Part shown: one piece after another, positions 19,882 through 28,804 of the stretch
How positions within the stretch are numbered: the stretch's first letter is position 1
Layout of the letters: each line of letters begins with the position of its first letter
Source: Clostridia bacterium
Lineage (GTDB): Bacteria > Bacillota > Clostridia > UMGS1883
Assembly (NCBI GenBank): GCA_045661145.1
Contig: JAZRFC010000087.1
Location: 4,431-68,430 of the forward strand
Direction: 5' to 3'
Length of the DNA: 64,000 nucleotides
Translations under genes and position numbers: made by a program
The notes under the pieces: model-generated
Database searches by the model: none
What the model was told of the DNA's origin: nothing
The model's input: the letters and a program-made list of their open reading frames with translations, nothing else

Positions 19882-20961
19882 TTACTTGTTTTCGTTTTCA
19901 AACTTAGCCATAAAGTCTACAAGTGCCTGAACACCCTCGATAGGCATAGCGTTGTAGATGCTTGCTCTCATACCGCCAACAGATCTGTGACCCTTGAGGT
20001 TAACAAAACCTGCTGCTTCTGCTTCCTTACAGAACTTCTTATCAAGGTCAGCGTCGCCTGTAACGAAGCATACATTCATCATCGAACGGCACTCTTTATC
20101 TGCTGTTGCTTTGAAAAGAGTTGAGTTATCAAGGAAATCGTAAAGGATATTTGCTTTCTTTTCATTTCTTTCCTTCATTGCCTCAAGACCGCCGTTCTGG
20201 AGCGCCCATTTATAAACAAGACCTGCAATATAAATTGCATAGCAGGGAGGGGTGTTGTACATTGAGTCGTTATCAGCCATTGTCTTATAATCAAGCATTG
20301 TGGGAATATCCTCACGCGCATTTCCCATTAAATCCTCACGGATAATAACAACTGTAAGACCTGCAGGAGCCATATTCTTCTGTGCACCTGCATAAATAAC
20401 GCCAAACTTTGTAACATCTACGGGTTCACTTGTAATACAAGATGACATATCTGCAACAAGTACCTTGTCGCCTACATTGGGAACTGTGGGGAACTTTGTT
20501 CCGAAAATTGTGTTGTTGTAGCATACGTGAACGTAATCAGCATCCTCACGCACCATATCTGGTGTAATTTCGGGAATATAGCTGAATGTCTTATCTTCTG
20601 AAGTTGCAATACACTTCGCATCGCCGTATTTCTTAGCTTCCTTAAAAGCTTTACCTGAGAACTGACCTGAAACAACGTAGTCAGCCTTACCTGTTTTCAT
20701 AAGGTTAAGAGGAACTGCCGCAAACTGTGTTGAAGCACCGCCCTGAAGGAAAAGCACCTTATAGTTATCAGGTATATTCATAAGTTTTCTGAAGTTAGCT
20801 TCAGTCTCTTTGATTATTGCATCGTAAACAGGGGAACGATGACTCATTTCCATAACGCTCATACCGCTGTCCTGAAATTCAATAAGCTCCTTTTGTGCTG
20901 TTTCAAGCACCTCAAGAGGAAGCATGCTGGGACCTGCGGAAAAGTTATAAACTCTTGCCAT
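19882..20961 (-). CDS. serC: Phosphoserine aminotransferase
   Basis: 359 aa. YNFSAGPSMLP N-terminus and SerC-type PLP fold (GAQKN, GGMRASIYNAMP). Confidence 0.95.
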   Translation of the reverse strand: MARVYNFSAGPSMLPLEVLETAQKELIEFQDSGMSVMEMSHRSPVYDAIIKETEANFRKLMNIPDNYKVLFLQGGASTQFAAVPLNLMKTGKADYVVSGQFSGKAFKEAKKYGDAKCIATSEDKTFSYIPEITPDMVREDADYVHVCYNNTIFGTKFPTVPNVGDKVLVADMSSCITSEPVDVTKFGVIYAGAQKNMAPAGLTVVIIREDLMGNAREDIPTMLDYKTMADNDSMYNTPPCYAIYIAGLVYKWALQNGGLEAMKERNEKKANILYDFLDNSTLFKATADKECRSMMNVCFVTGDADLDKKFCKEAEAAGFVNLKGHRSVGGMRASIYNAMPIEGVQALVDFMAKFENENK

Positions 20962-21086
20962 AATAATAGCCTCCTAAAAAATAAATGATTAATATATATT
21001 ATACTATTATATTTTTTAGGTGTCAATTTGTTTCAGTACTTTTTTAGCGATTTTTCTCCAAAAAGTTCAAAAAAGTTTTTCTAAAA

Positions 21087-21461
21087 TCAACCATTAGTGG
21101 AAGTTTTTGGAGACTTCACTCCCGTTACTATTTCTTTGATTCCGAATACAAGGATAAATCCGCCAAAAAGTCTGGAAAGGAGTTCCGAGGACATATTAGA
21201 GGAAACATATGCTCCAAGTATTGCAAAAGGAATTCCCGATAAAATAACGGGGAAAGCCGTTTTGAAATCTATCTTTTTGTTCTTTATATGGATGACAAGA
21301 GCGCAGAGGGAAGAGGGTATAAAACAGAAGAGATTCAGACTTTGGGCACTCTGTTGATTTACGTCTAAAAACATTCTTGCAGCAGGAATAAGAATCATTC
21401 CTCCGCCAACCCCCATTCCGCCTAAAATCCCTGACAGAAAGCCGATAATAACCGCCAGCAT
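21087..21461 (-). CDS. Half-size TSUP (TauE/SafE) family membrane protein, second of a pair
   Basis: 124 aa, about 4 TM segments, Gly-rich GILGGMGVGGGMILIP motif typical of TauE/SafE. Confidence 0.7.
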   Translation of the reverse strand: MLAVIIGFLSGILGGMGVGGGMILIPAARMFLDVNQQSAQSLNLFCFIPSSLCALVIHIKNKKIDFKTAFPVILSGIPFAILGAYVSSNMSSELLSRLFGGFILVFGIKEIVTGVKSPKTSTNG

Positions 21462-21465
21462 ATAA

Positions 21466-21819
21466 TCACCCTCCTATCAGTAATTTTACAGATGCAAGTA
21501 CCATAACAGCACCAAAGCCTATACGGATAAATCTTCCCGAAAGACGGGAAAGAAGCTTCGCACCTAAAAGTGCCCCCAGGGTAGCACCGCCTGCCGCTTT
21601 TACAATGTTTCCCATATCTGCAAACCCTGCCATAGTATAGACAAACACTCCTGCAATTGTCAGGGGAAGAATAATCATAATGGAGGTGGCGTGTGCTTTT
21701 TTTTCATCAAGGGAAAAGAATTTTTGTAGAATCAGCACGGCAATAATTCCGCCGCCCGAAGCAAAAAATCCGTTTATAAATCCGATGGGGATTCCCCATA
21801 GAAGTCCTTTTTTCTTCAT
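21466..21819 (-). CDS. Half-size TSUP (TauE/SafE) family membrane protein, first of a pair
   Basis: 117 aa, about 4 TM segments, GFFASGGGIIAVLIL motif. Its start codon overlaps the spo0A stop (TGATG). Confidence 0.7.
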   Translation of the reverse strand: MKKKGLLWGIPIGFINGFFASGGGIIAVLILQKFFSLDEKKAHATSIMIILPLTIAGVFVYTMAGFADMGNIVKAAGGATLGALLGAKLLSRLSGRFIRIGFGAVMVLASVKLLIGG

Positions 21820-22622
21820 CAGGATACCAGCATCTCAAGACGGAGTTTATCTGCAATCATTGCGATAAATTCAGAGTTTGTGGGCTTTCCCTTGTTGTTG
21901 CTTACCGTGTAGCCGAAGAGTTTATAAAGCTCTTCCTCATTACCTCTTATGCAGGCAACCTCAATAGCATGACGGATAGCTCTTTCAACACGGCTTGGTG
22001 AGGTGTTGTGCCTTGTGGCAACCTTGGGGTAGAGCTGTTTTGTAACGGCATTTATAAGCTCTGTGTCCTTTATACTCATAATAATTGCATCACGAAGATA
22101 CTGATAGCCCTTGATGTTTGCAGGAACACCTACGGAATGAATTGTCTTGGTTACGGAAATTTCAAGTGCGCGGTCGCTTGGACGGTCGCCTGATGCACCC
22201 TTTTCCGCATATGCAATTTCCTGTATGGAGCTTCCAGCAAGCTTTGGCATACACAGAAGCTTTATCCTCTCATAAACAGTTTCGTTGTCACAGGGCTTTA
22301 TCATAAAATAATCAGCACCCAACTGCATACAGATATTGGTTACGTGCTCTCTTTTTGCACCACTCATAACAATTACCACGGGACGGTAAGTACGGGAAAG
22401 AGCATTTATTTCTTTTAAGAGACCAATGCCGTCAAGCTGAGGCAGAACAATGTCCATAAGTATTGCATCGGGAGAATACTTCTTTATTTTCTCCAATGCA
22501 TCAAGTCCGTCAGATGCGGCGGCAATAAGCTCAATATCGCTTTTCCCGTCAAAAAATGATTTCATTTGCATAGTAAGTTCGCGGTTGTTGTCTGCAATAA
22601 GCAGTTTTATCTTGGTTTTCAT
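21819..22622 (-). CDS. spo0A: Sporulation master regulator Spo0A
   Basis: Receiver domain (LLIADNNRE...[14 protein letters not shown]) plus the diagnostic Spo0A C-terminal domain ([19 protein letters not shown]...[14 protein letters not shown]...[15 protein letters not shown]). Confidence 0.97.
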   Translation of the reverse strand: MKTKIKLLIADNNRELTMQMKSFFDGKSDIELIAAASDGLDALEKIKKYSPDAILMDIVLPQLDGIGLLKEINALSRTYRPVVIVMSGAKREHVTNICMQLGADYFMIKPCDNETVYERIKLLCMPKLAGSSIQEIAYAEKGASGDRPSDRALEISVTKTIHSVGVPANIKGYQYLRDAIIMSIKDTELINAVTKQLYPKVATRHNTSPSRVERAIRHAIEVACIRGNEEELYKLFGYTVSNNKGKPTNSEFIAMIADKLRLEMLVS

Positions 22623-22658
22623 ACTGTTTCCTCCAATTTGTTTTTTATTGTAGTTTGA

Positions 22659-22687
22659 ATATTACCATATTTTGGAAATTAATGCAA
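22659..22687 (-). promoter_or_regulatory. Putative sigma-A type promoter of spo0A
   Basis: On the minus strand: TTGCAT (22687-22682), a 17-nt spacer, then TGgTAATAT (-10 hexamer at 22664-22659). Embedded in a 16-bp perfect inverted repeat (22663-22678 / 22695-22710). Confidence 0.4.
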
Positions 22688-22742
22688 GAACTTTTTTCCA
22701 AAATATGGTAAAAACATAAAAACCGACGAAAAACAGCAGCAT

Positions 22743-22781
22743 AAAAAAACAGATATACCGATATTTCGGCATATCTGTTTT
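22743..22781 (-). terminator. Rho-independent terminator after spoIVB
   Basis: ACAGATATaCCGA-tatt-TCGGcATATCTGT stem. On the minus strand it is followed by TTTTTTT. Confidence 0.75.
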
Positions 22782-22886
22782 AGCTTATTGTAACTTCGGT
22801 TTTCTGCATTTCCTATCCATTCGCCAAGGGTTACTTCTTTTGGAGAAGTGCGAATTAGTTTTATAACAAAATTACAGTTCGTACTA

Positions 22887-24083
22887 TTACTGTTCCGCTA
22901 ACATATTCTCAATAAATATGCCGTAACCCCGTGTGGGGTCATTTACTAAAACATGGGTTACAGCACCTATTATTTTACCGTTCTGGATGATAGGTGAGCC
23001 GCTCATTCCCTGAATAATTCCCCCTGTTTTGCTGAGAAGCTCCGGGTCAGTTATCTCAATTGACAGACCTTTTGATGTTGCACCGTAGGGCATGGAGCGA
23101 AGAATTTCTATTTTATATTCTTTTGTTTCTCCGTCTATGGTAGAGAGGATAGTTGCATCTCCCGTTTTAACCTGACTCATTACGCCGACGGGATAGGTTT
23201 TTCCTTCAATATTATAATGGGGAAATATTTCTCCGAATATACCCGCCTCGCAGTTTTTTTCAATCGTACCCGAAATTTCATCCGTGCCGGAAAAGCTTCC
23301 GCAAATTTGTCCAGGGACTCCCTGTTTACCCTTTTTTACGGAAATGACGTAGCTTTTTTCAATACTTCCCGTTGCAACATCAAAGAGTATTCCCGTGTCA
23401 CTGTCGCTGATTCCGTGCCCCAATGCACCGTAGGTAAAATTTTCTGAATTTACGTACGTCATTGTGCCGACACCTGCACTGCTGTCACGAACCCACAGCC
23501 CAAGCTTAAGCTTGCCGTCGCTGTCATCGCAGACGGGTTGTAGGGTAACTTTTTTGATTTCCTTTTGCCTTTTTACTGTAAGTATAACAGTCTGTGTCAG
23601 AAGAGGTGGGACATCCTCACTTGTTTTGGGTATTTTGCCGTTTATTTCGAGGATTATATCTCCGGGCAGAAGCCCTGCTTTTTGTGCAGGGGATATTTCT
23701 TCTCCGTTGCAGATTACAGGTGCGAGATTTGTAACAATCAGCCCTTTGTTGAAAATTTTCAGTCCCACCAATTCCCCCGAAACGGTTAATGTCTGTGGTT
23801 TGGTGACATTGACTTTAACCTTTCTGAACGGGATGTTGATTGCACTCAGCGTTGAGTCGTATGTTCCGCATTTGAGGGGAGTAAGAGTGCTTTCATTTGA
23901 AATGGTACACACACCCTCCGGCATACCACTTACACTTACGCCCAATCCGAGATAACCGTTGTGAACTTCGCTTTCGTACATGGTTATTTCTTTAGGAAAC
24001 GCAGATAATATATCTAAATATATAATCAATGCCGATACGGTTAAGGCAATAAGACAACATAAACCTTTTTTAAAAATTTTCAT
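22887..24083 (-). CDS. spoIVB: SpoIVB peptidase (S55)
   Basis: N-terminal anchor, PDZ (AGLLPGDIILEINGK), and S55 catalytic regions GTMTYVN...YGALGHGISD and GMSGSPI. Confidence 0.9.
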   Translation of the reverse strand: MKIFKKGLCCLIALTVSALIIYLDILSAFPKEITMYESEVHNGYLGLGVSVSGMPEGVCTISNESTLTPLKCGTYDSTLSAINIPFRKVKVNVTKPQTLTVSGELVGLKIFNKGLIVTNLAPVICNGEEISPAQKAGLLPGDIILEINGKIPKTSEDVPPLLTQTVILTVKRQKEIKKVTLQPVCDDSDGKLKLGLWVRDSSAGVGTMTYVNSENFTYGALGHGISDSDTGILFDVATGSIEKSYVISVKKGKQGVPGQICGSFSGTDEISGTIEKNCEAGIFGEIFPHYNIEGKTYPVGVMSQVKTGDATILSTIDGETKEYKIEILRSMPYGATSKGLSIEITDPELLSKTGGIIQGMSGSPIIQNGKIIGAVTHVLVNDPTRGYGIFIENMLAEQ

Positions 24084-24131
24084 AATTTTGCCCTCCTATG
24101 CTTATGTTGTCATAATTTTCGGTTTGTTATG

Positions 24132-24941
24132 TTAGGAAATAAATTCTTTTAAATTTTTAAATGTGTAGCCCTCTTTTCTTGCATAATCAATAACATCACC
24201 CAACGCATCGGCATTACCCTTTGAAACGGCATGAAGCAAAAGCACACATCCCGGATGGATGTCGGAGGTGATTTTGGAGAATGCCTGCTCCTCCGTCACA
24301 TTGTCATTCCAATCCACATATGCCTGGGACCAGAAAACGTTTGTATAACCCAAATCCTTTGTAATTGCTAATGTTTTTTCACTGTATTCTCCTTTGGGCG
24401 GTCTAAGGAAAACGGACTTTTCTCCGCAAATTCCGTATATCAGTCTGTCAAGTTCAAAAAGCTCATTTTTTAAAACTTCAATATCTTTGATGCTCGGCAG
24501 GGACGGATGGTTTACCGTATGGTTTCCTATAATGTGTCCTTCCTTTGCCATCCTTTTTATCAGGTCAGGGTTTTCTTTTACGTAGGGACCCGTCACAAAA
24601 AATGCTGCCTTTACACCTTTTTCACGAAGTGTGTCCAGAATTATCGAGGTGTATCCGTTTTCATACCCCTCATCAAAAGTGAGGTAAATGTTCTTTTTAT
24701 CCGTATCCTCTTTGTAAATGCAGTGATATTCTTCCATCTGCTTTTTCTGGGCTTCGGTAAATTCGGGACCGCTTTCTGTTCTTCTGAAGCCCCAACCTAT
24801 ACATTTTTCCGAAAGGGAGGAGTAGTCCTCGTTTCTGCTTACGGAAGTTTCCTGCGCTTTATGTACTGTACATCCGCTTAAAAATAGAGTTAGGATTGCA
24901 ACGGTTGCAAGTATCTTTTTCAGTTTAATCAATCCTTTCAA
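24132..24941 (-). CDS. pdaA: Polysaccharide deacetylase, PdaA-like (delta-lactam-biosynthetic de-N-acetylase)
   Basis: Lipobox LSGC. YLTFDEGYENGYT...AAFFVTGPYVKENPDLIKRMAKEGHIIGNHTVNHPSL closely follows the PdaA pattern. Confidence 0.8.
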   Translation of the reverse strand: MKGLIKLKKILATVAILTLFLSGCTVHKAQETSVSRNEDYSSLSEKCIGWGFRRTESGPEFTEAQKKQMEEYHCIYKEDTDKKNIYLTFDEGYENGYTSIILDTLREKGVKAAFFVTGPYVKENPDLIKRMAKEGHIIGNHTVNHPSLPSIKDIEVLKNELFELDRLIYGICGEKSVFLRPPKGEYSEKTLAITKDLGYTNVFWSQAYVDWNDNVTEEQAFSKITSDIHPGCVLLLHAVSKGNADALGDVIDYARKEGYTFKNLKEFIS

Positions 24942-24944
24942 ATA

Positions 24945-24978
24945 AAAATAGCACTGTCAGAAGTGACAGTGCTATTTT
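24945..24978 (-). terminator. Rho-independent terminator after secF
   Basis: AAAATAGCACTGTCA-gaag-TGACAGTGCTATTTT perfect 15-bp stem. Confidence 0.8.
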
Positions 24979-24998
24979 ATTCCTGTTATATTAAAATA

Positions 24999-25883
24999 TT
25001 ACCTGGATTTTTTTGCGCCGTTCTTCCATGCTGCCCAAACAGGAGAAGCAATGAAGAGTGAAGAATATGTTCCTGCCACAATACCTACGATAATGGGAAG
25101 GGCAAATTCCTTTATGGAGTCAACGCCCATTACATAAAGAACACAGATTGTGAGAAGTGTTGTAATAGAGGAGTTGATTGCTCTGAAATAAGAATTTGTG
25201 ATTGCTTCGTCTGCAATATCATTGGCAGTAGTAGATTTCTTAGCAAAACGGCTGTTTTCACGAACACGGTCAAATACAATGATTGTAGCATTGATGGAGT
25301 AACCGAGGATTGTGAGAATTGCTGCAATAAAGCTTGTATTAACTGTAAAACGGAACAGAGAATAGAAACCAAGCATTATGATAACGTCATGAGCAAGAGC
25401 AATTACAGCACAGGTGCCTGACCTGAAGTCAAAACGCCATGTGATGTAAAGAAGCATAAGAACAACCGCAAGAACAATAGCCTTAAGAGAGTCGGCGATA
25501 AGTCTCTTACTTACATTACCGTCAACCTTTTCAACCTCAGAAACGTGCTTCTGCTCAAGCTTATATTCAGCCTTGATTGCATCAACAACGGCCTTGCTCT
25601 GTTCATTTGTAAGCTCGGTTGTTTTTATGGAAACACCGCTGTCGCCCATCTTCTGAACAACGATATCTTTAGCATCGGAGTTTGTCTTAACAAGCTCTGT
25701 AATACGGGCTTCAACTTCTTTGTCGTACTTTGTTCCGTTAAGCTCAAAGCTGAGTGTGGAACCGCCGGTAAAGTCAATACCTAAGTTAAGTCCCTGAACT
25801 AAAAGGGAAACAATGCTGACAACTATAAGAATAGCGGAAAAAATGAAGAAAATTTTACTTTTTGATGTAGGTGATTTAATCAT
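24999..25883 (-). CDS. secF: Protein translocase subunit SecF
   Basis: 294 aa. SecF pattern (GIDFTGG, FDRVREN) and 6 TM segments. 4-nt overlap with secD. Confidence 0.92.
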   Translation of the reverse strand: MIKSPTSKSKIFFIFSAILIVVSIVSLLVQGLNLGIDFTGGSTLSFELNGTKYDKEVEARITELVKTNSDAKDIVVQKMGDSGVSIKTTELTNEQSKAVVDAIKAEYKLEQKHVSEVEKVDGNVSKRLIADSLKAIVLAVVLMLLYITWRFDFRSGTCAVIALAHDVIIMLGFYSLFRFTVNTSFIAAILTILGYSINATIIVFDRVRENSRFAKKSTTANDIADEAITNSYFRAINSSITTLLTICVLYVMGVDSIKEFALPIIVGIVAGTYSSLFIASPVWAAWKNGAKKSR

Positions 25884-27193
25884 TTTTCAGCCCCCCTTTT
25901 TGATAAACCGTAGAATACAGGATTCTTAACGCCGAAACCAACAATCTGCTTAAGCAAGAACTTTGTAAGTGTTACAGCAGTAAGCATACTGATAACGATA
26001 CCGATGAAAAGTGTAACAGCAAAGCTCTTAACCGTACCTGTACCGAAGAAGTAAAGAACTACTGATGCAATAACGGTAGTGATGTTGGAGTCAATGATTG
26101 CTGTAAGTGCACGCTTGAAGCCGCCGTTTACTGCTGCACCAACGCTCTTTCCTGCGCGAAGCTCGTCCTTAATTCTTTCGAAAATAACAACGTTTGCGTC
26201 AACCGCCATACCGATTGACAGGATTACGCCTGCGATACCGGGAAGTGTAAGGATTACAAATCTCCACTCGGGAACGTAGAAACCTGCCATGATAAGTGTT
26301 ATAATTGAAACGTATGCTATAAGAGATACGCTTGCAACAAGACCGGGAAGTCTGTATACGATAATCATAAACAGCATTACGAGAATGATACCGATAAGTG
26401 CTGCCTTAAGAGAAGTATCAAGAGCCTTGTCACCGAGAGTAGGTCCGATGCTTCTTACCTCAGCATCCTTAAGGGAGAAGGGAAGCTGACCGGAAGTAAT
26501 AAGCTCTGCAACGTACTGTGCCTGCTCCTGAGTATAATCACCTGTCATAACACAAGTGTCACTGTCAATAACTTCCTGAACTGAGGGAGACATCTGAACT
26601 GTACCGTCGAGTGCAATAGCGATGATGTTCTTTCCTTCGCCAGCATTTACTGCATTTGCAGTAGCTTCGGCAAATTTCTTTCGTCCTTCAGAAGTGAATG
26701 TAAGCTGTACATAGTGCACGCTGTTACCATATTCTTCAATAGGTCCGTAGAATGCAGTAGCTTTTTTGACGTTGCCGCGGGCATCCATAATAGAATTTCC
26801 GTCTGCATCAAGGAATTCAAGCTTTGCAGTAGCGCCTATCATTTTAACAGCTGTCTGGGGGTCATCTACGCCGGGAATTTCAACTCGGATACTCGTCTTG
26901 CCCTGACGGGAAAGAGTAGCCTCGGAAAAATTCTGGTCGTCAAGACGTTTGCGGATAATTGTTTCTGCCGCACCCATATCTTCATCAGTTACCGTAGAAA
27001 GGTCTTCTACATCAGGCTCAAATACTATAACCGAGCCTCCTACAAGGTCGAGTCCCTGTCTGATACCTCTTTCTTTGTCGAAGGTACTTGGAACTCTGAA
27101 ACCACCGATTGTTACGTCAAATGCCGCTACATATGCACAAGCAACAATGATAACAACAACCAGCAAGAACGCAATTACATTTTTTGCTTTCAT
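25880..27193 (-). CDS. secD: Protein translocase subunit SecD
   Basis: 437 aa. LGLDLVGG-like (QGLDLVGGS), periplasmic domain, and C-terminal RND-like TM bundle (VDANVVIFERIKDE). Confidence 0.92.
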   Translation of the reverse strand: MKAKNVIAFLLVVVIIVACAYVAAFDVTIGGFRVPSTFDKERGIRQGLDLVGGSVIVFEPDVEDLSTVTDEDMGAAETIIRKRLDDQNFSEATLSRQGKTSIRVEIPGVDDPQTAVKMIGATAKLEFLDADGNSIMDARGNVKKATAFYGPIEEYGNSVHYVQLTFTSEGRKKFAEATANAVNAGEGKNIIAIALDGTVQMSPSVQEVIDSDTCVMTGDYTQEQAQYVAELITSGQLPFSLKDAEVRSIGPTLGDKALDTSLKAALIGIILVMLFMIIVYRLPGLVASVSLIAYVSIITLIMAGFYVPEWRFVILTLPGIAGVILSIGMAVDANVVIFERIKDELRAGKSVGAAVNGGFKRALTAIIDSNITTVIASVVLYFFGTGTVKSFAVTLFIGIVISMLTAVTLTKFLLKQIVGFGVKNPVFYGLSKRGAEK

Positions 27194-27281
27194 TATTGTT
27201 CCTCCTTTGTCATTATTTATATATCACAATAACATTACTATTATATCCGCAAAAGCAAAAATAGTCAATAGAAAAACACAA

Positions 27282-27659
27282 TTATTTACTGTTTATTCCT
27301 AATATACCGCCTGCTCCTCCGCATAAAACCCCTATTGGAAGGTTGCGGAAAAAAAGGTTAGGAAAATTACCTGATTTAAAGACTAAAATTCCAATTAAAG
27401 CTGCAGTTAAAAGGCATATCAGAGAGGCTACTATACCCGTTATCAGCCCTTGTCCGGAGGAAGCTCTTGCGCTCAAAAAAGCACAGATAAGTACGGTTAA
27501 AAATATACTGTAACGGCAGAAAGCATTAAGTAACCACTTGGCAGGCGGAAAAAATGAGAAAATCAGGCTGACTACTCCCAAAAATACAAAAGTTACCAGA
27601 AACGAAATCAAAACAAAAAGTATGTAACTTTTTAAAGAATGAAGAGAAAATATATTCAT
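27282..27659 (-). CDS. Small integral membrane protein (about 4 TM), function unknown
   Basis: Hydrophobic throughout. GGAGGTG SD precedes ATG 27659. Lies between yajC and secD. Confidence 0.5.
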   Translation of the reverse strand: MNIFSLHSLKSYILFVLISFLVTFVFLGVVSLIFSFFPPAKWLLNAFCRYSIFLTVLICAFLSARASSGQGLITGIVASLICLLTAALIGILVFKSGNFPNLFFRNLPIGVLCGGAGGILGINSK

Positions 27660-27701
27660 AATAAAACACCTCCGAACTATACTATTCAGAGGTGTTCTCA
27701 A

Positions 27702-28034
27702 TTATTCGTGAATTGTGAGTACTGTGCTTATAGCCGCTTTCTGGAATTTGATAACGGACTTTTCATTGCCGATACCTGTTTCAATAAGAACTTCGTCATC
27801 CTTGATTCTGGTGATTTTTCCGACAATACCGCCGATTGTAACTATTTTGTCACCAACCTGAAGTCCGGCAAGCATTTCACTCATTTTCTTCTGCTGTTTC
27901 TTCTGAGGTCTGATAATGAGGAAATAGAAAATCAAAATCATTGGAAGGAATGTTATAATAAGACTAATTAAAGAACCTCCAACTCCTCCTGCTGTGTTTG
28001 CTGCTGCTGTTCCCTCTGCAAAAGCTGTAATCAT
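27702..28034 (-). CDS. yajC: Preprotein translocase subunit YajC
   Basis: Single TM followed by IRPQKKQQKK...LQVGDKIVTIGGIVGKI, the canonical YajC motif. Confidence 0.9.
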   Translation of the reverse strand: MITAFAEGTAAANTAGGVGGSLISLIITFLPMILIFYFLIIRPQKKQQKKMSEMLAGLQVGDKIVTIGGIVGKITRIKDDEVLIETGIGNEKSVIKFQKAAISTVLTIHE

Positions 28035-28066
28035 AAAGCATCTACCTTTCTAAATTTTATTTAAAA

Positions 28067-28669
28067 TTAAATATTATATTCTTTTATAATAGCAAGGGTG
28101 ATATTGCGTGCATTTTTTTTCTCAGTAGAACGCTTGGAAGCATCCTTCTCATCGTCTACAACGGTAATGTAGAGGTCAGATGTGTTAAAAAATCCCATAT
28201 CCTTGATATAATCATTATCAGCAAGGGATACTGCATAAATTTTTCCTGAATCATCTTTCAAGGTTACATATTTTCCCGAATCAATGTCAGAAATAAAGCT
28301 TCTGATGTCGACCAATATGGACTTATCCTGAAATTCGGACAATGTAGCAGCGGTTGTTATAATAATATCACTGTCAATGGCGTTTCCCAGCAATTCCATA
28401 ACTTCATCAAGATTGTTCTGGGTATCGTATGTGTAATTCGCAAGCTTAATTAGTCTTTCTTTGTCACCGTCGGCATCCTGAAGCAAGGCTTCAAGATAGC
28501 TTTTTCTATCGTTGAAATTCTGTACATTGATATATTCGGGGCTTATACAGTTAATTACAAGGTCAGGCACACTTTTACGGCAGGAGGTTATGGTAAACGT
28601 CAGCACGCATACGGCAAAGAGCATGAAAAAGAAAATATGCCATTTATAATAATTGAAAAAAGCTCTCAT
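28067..28669 (-). CDS. Membrane-anchored/lipoprotein-like hypothetical protein
   Basis: N-terminal hydrophobic segment ending TITSC. No recognisable domain. Confidence 0.4.
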   Translation of the reverse strand: MRAFFNYYKWHIFFFMLFAVCVLTFTITSCRKSVPDLVINCISPEYINVQNFNDRKSYLEALLQDADGDKERLIKLANYTYDTQNNLDEVMELLGNAIDSDIIITTAATLSEFQDKSILVDIRSFISDIDSGKYVTLKDDSGKIYAVSLADNDYIKDMGFFNTSDLYITVVDDEKDASKRSTEKKNARNITLAIIKEYNI

Positions 28670-28804
28670 AAAAAAATGTCACCCTCCGCTGAAATAGTGA
28701 ATAGAAAAATCGAACACAACATATTATATATCAAAAGTTTTCCTTTTACAAGCACTTTATCTAAAATTTTCAATGTGTTCACATTTGGGGAGGCATAAGA
28801 TAAA

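Noticed and set aside
22743-22830. Additional Spo0A-box candidates (TGCCGAA at about 22764-22770 on the minus strand) upstream of spo0A.
   Set aside because: This 7-mer lies inside the spoIVB terminator stem, and such matches are expected by chance. Only the TGGCGAA at 22820-22826 is mentioned, as a weak candidate.
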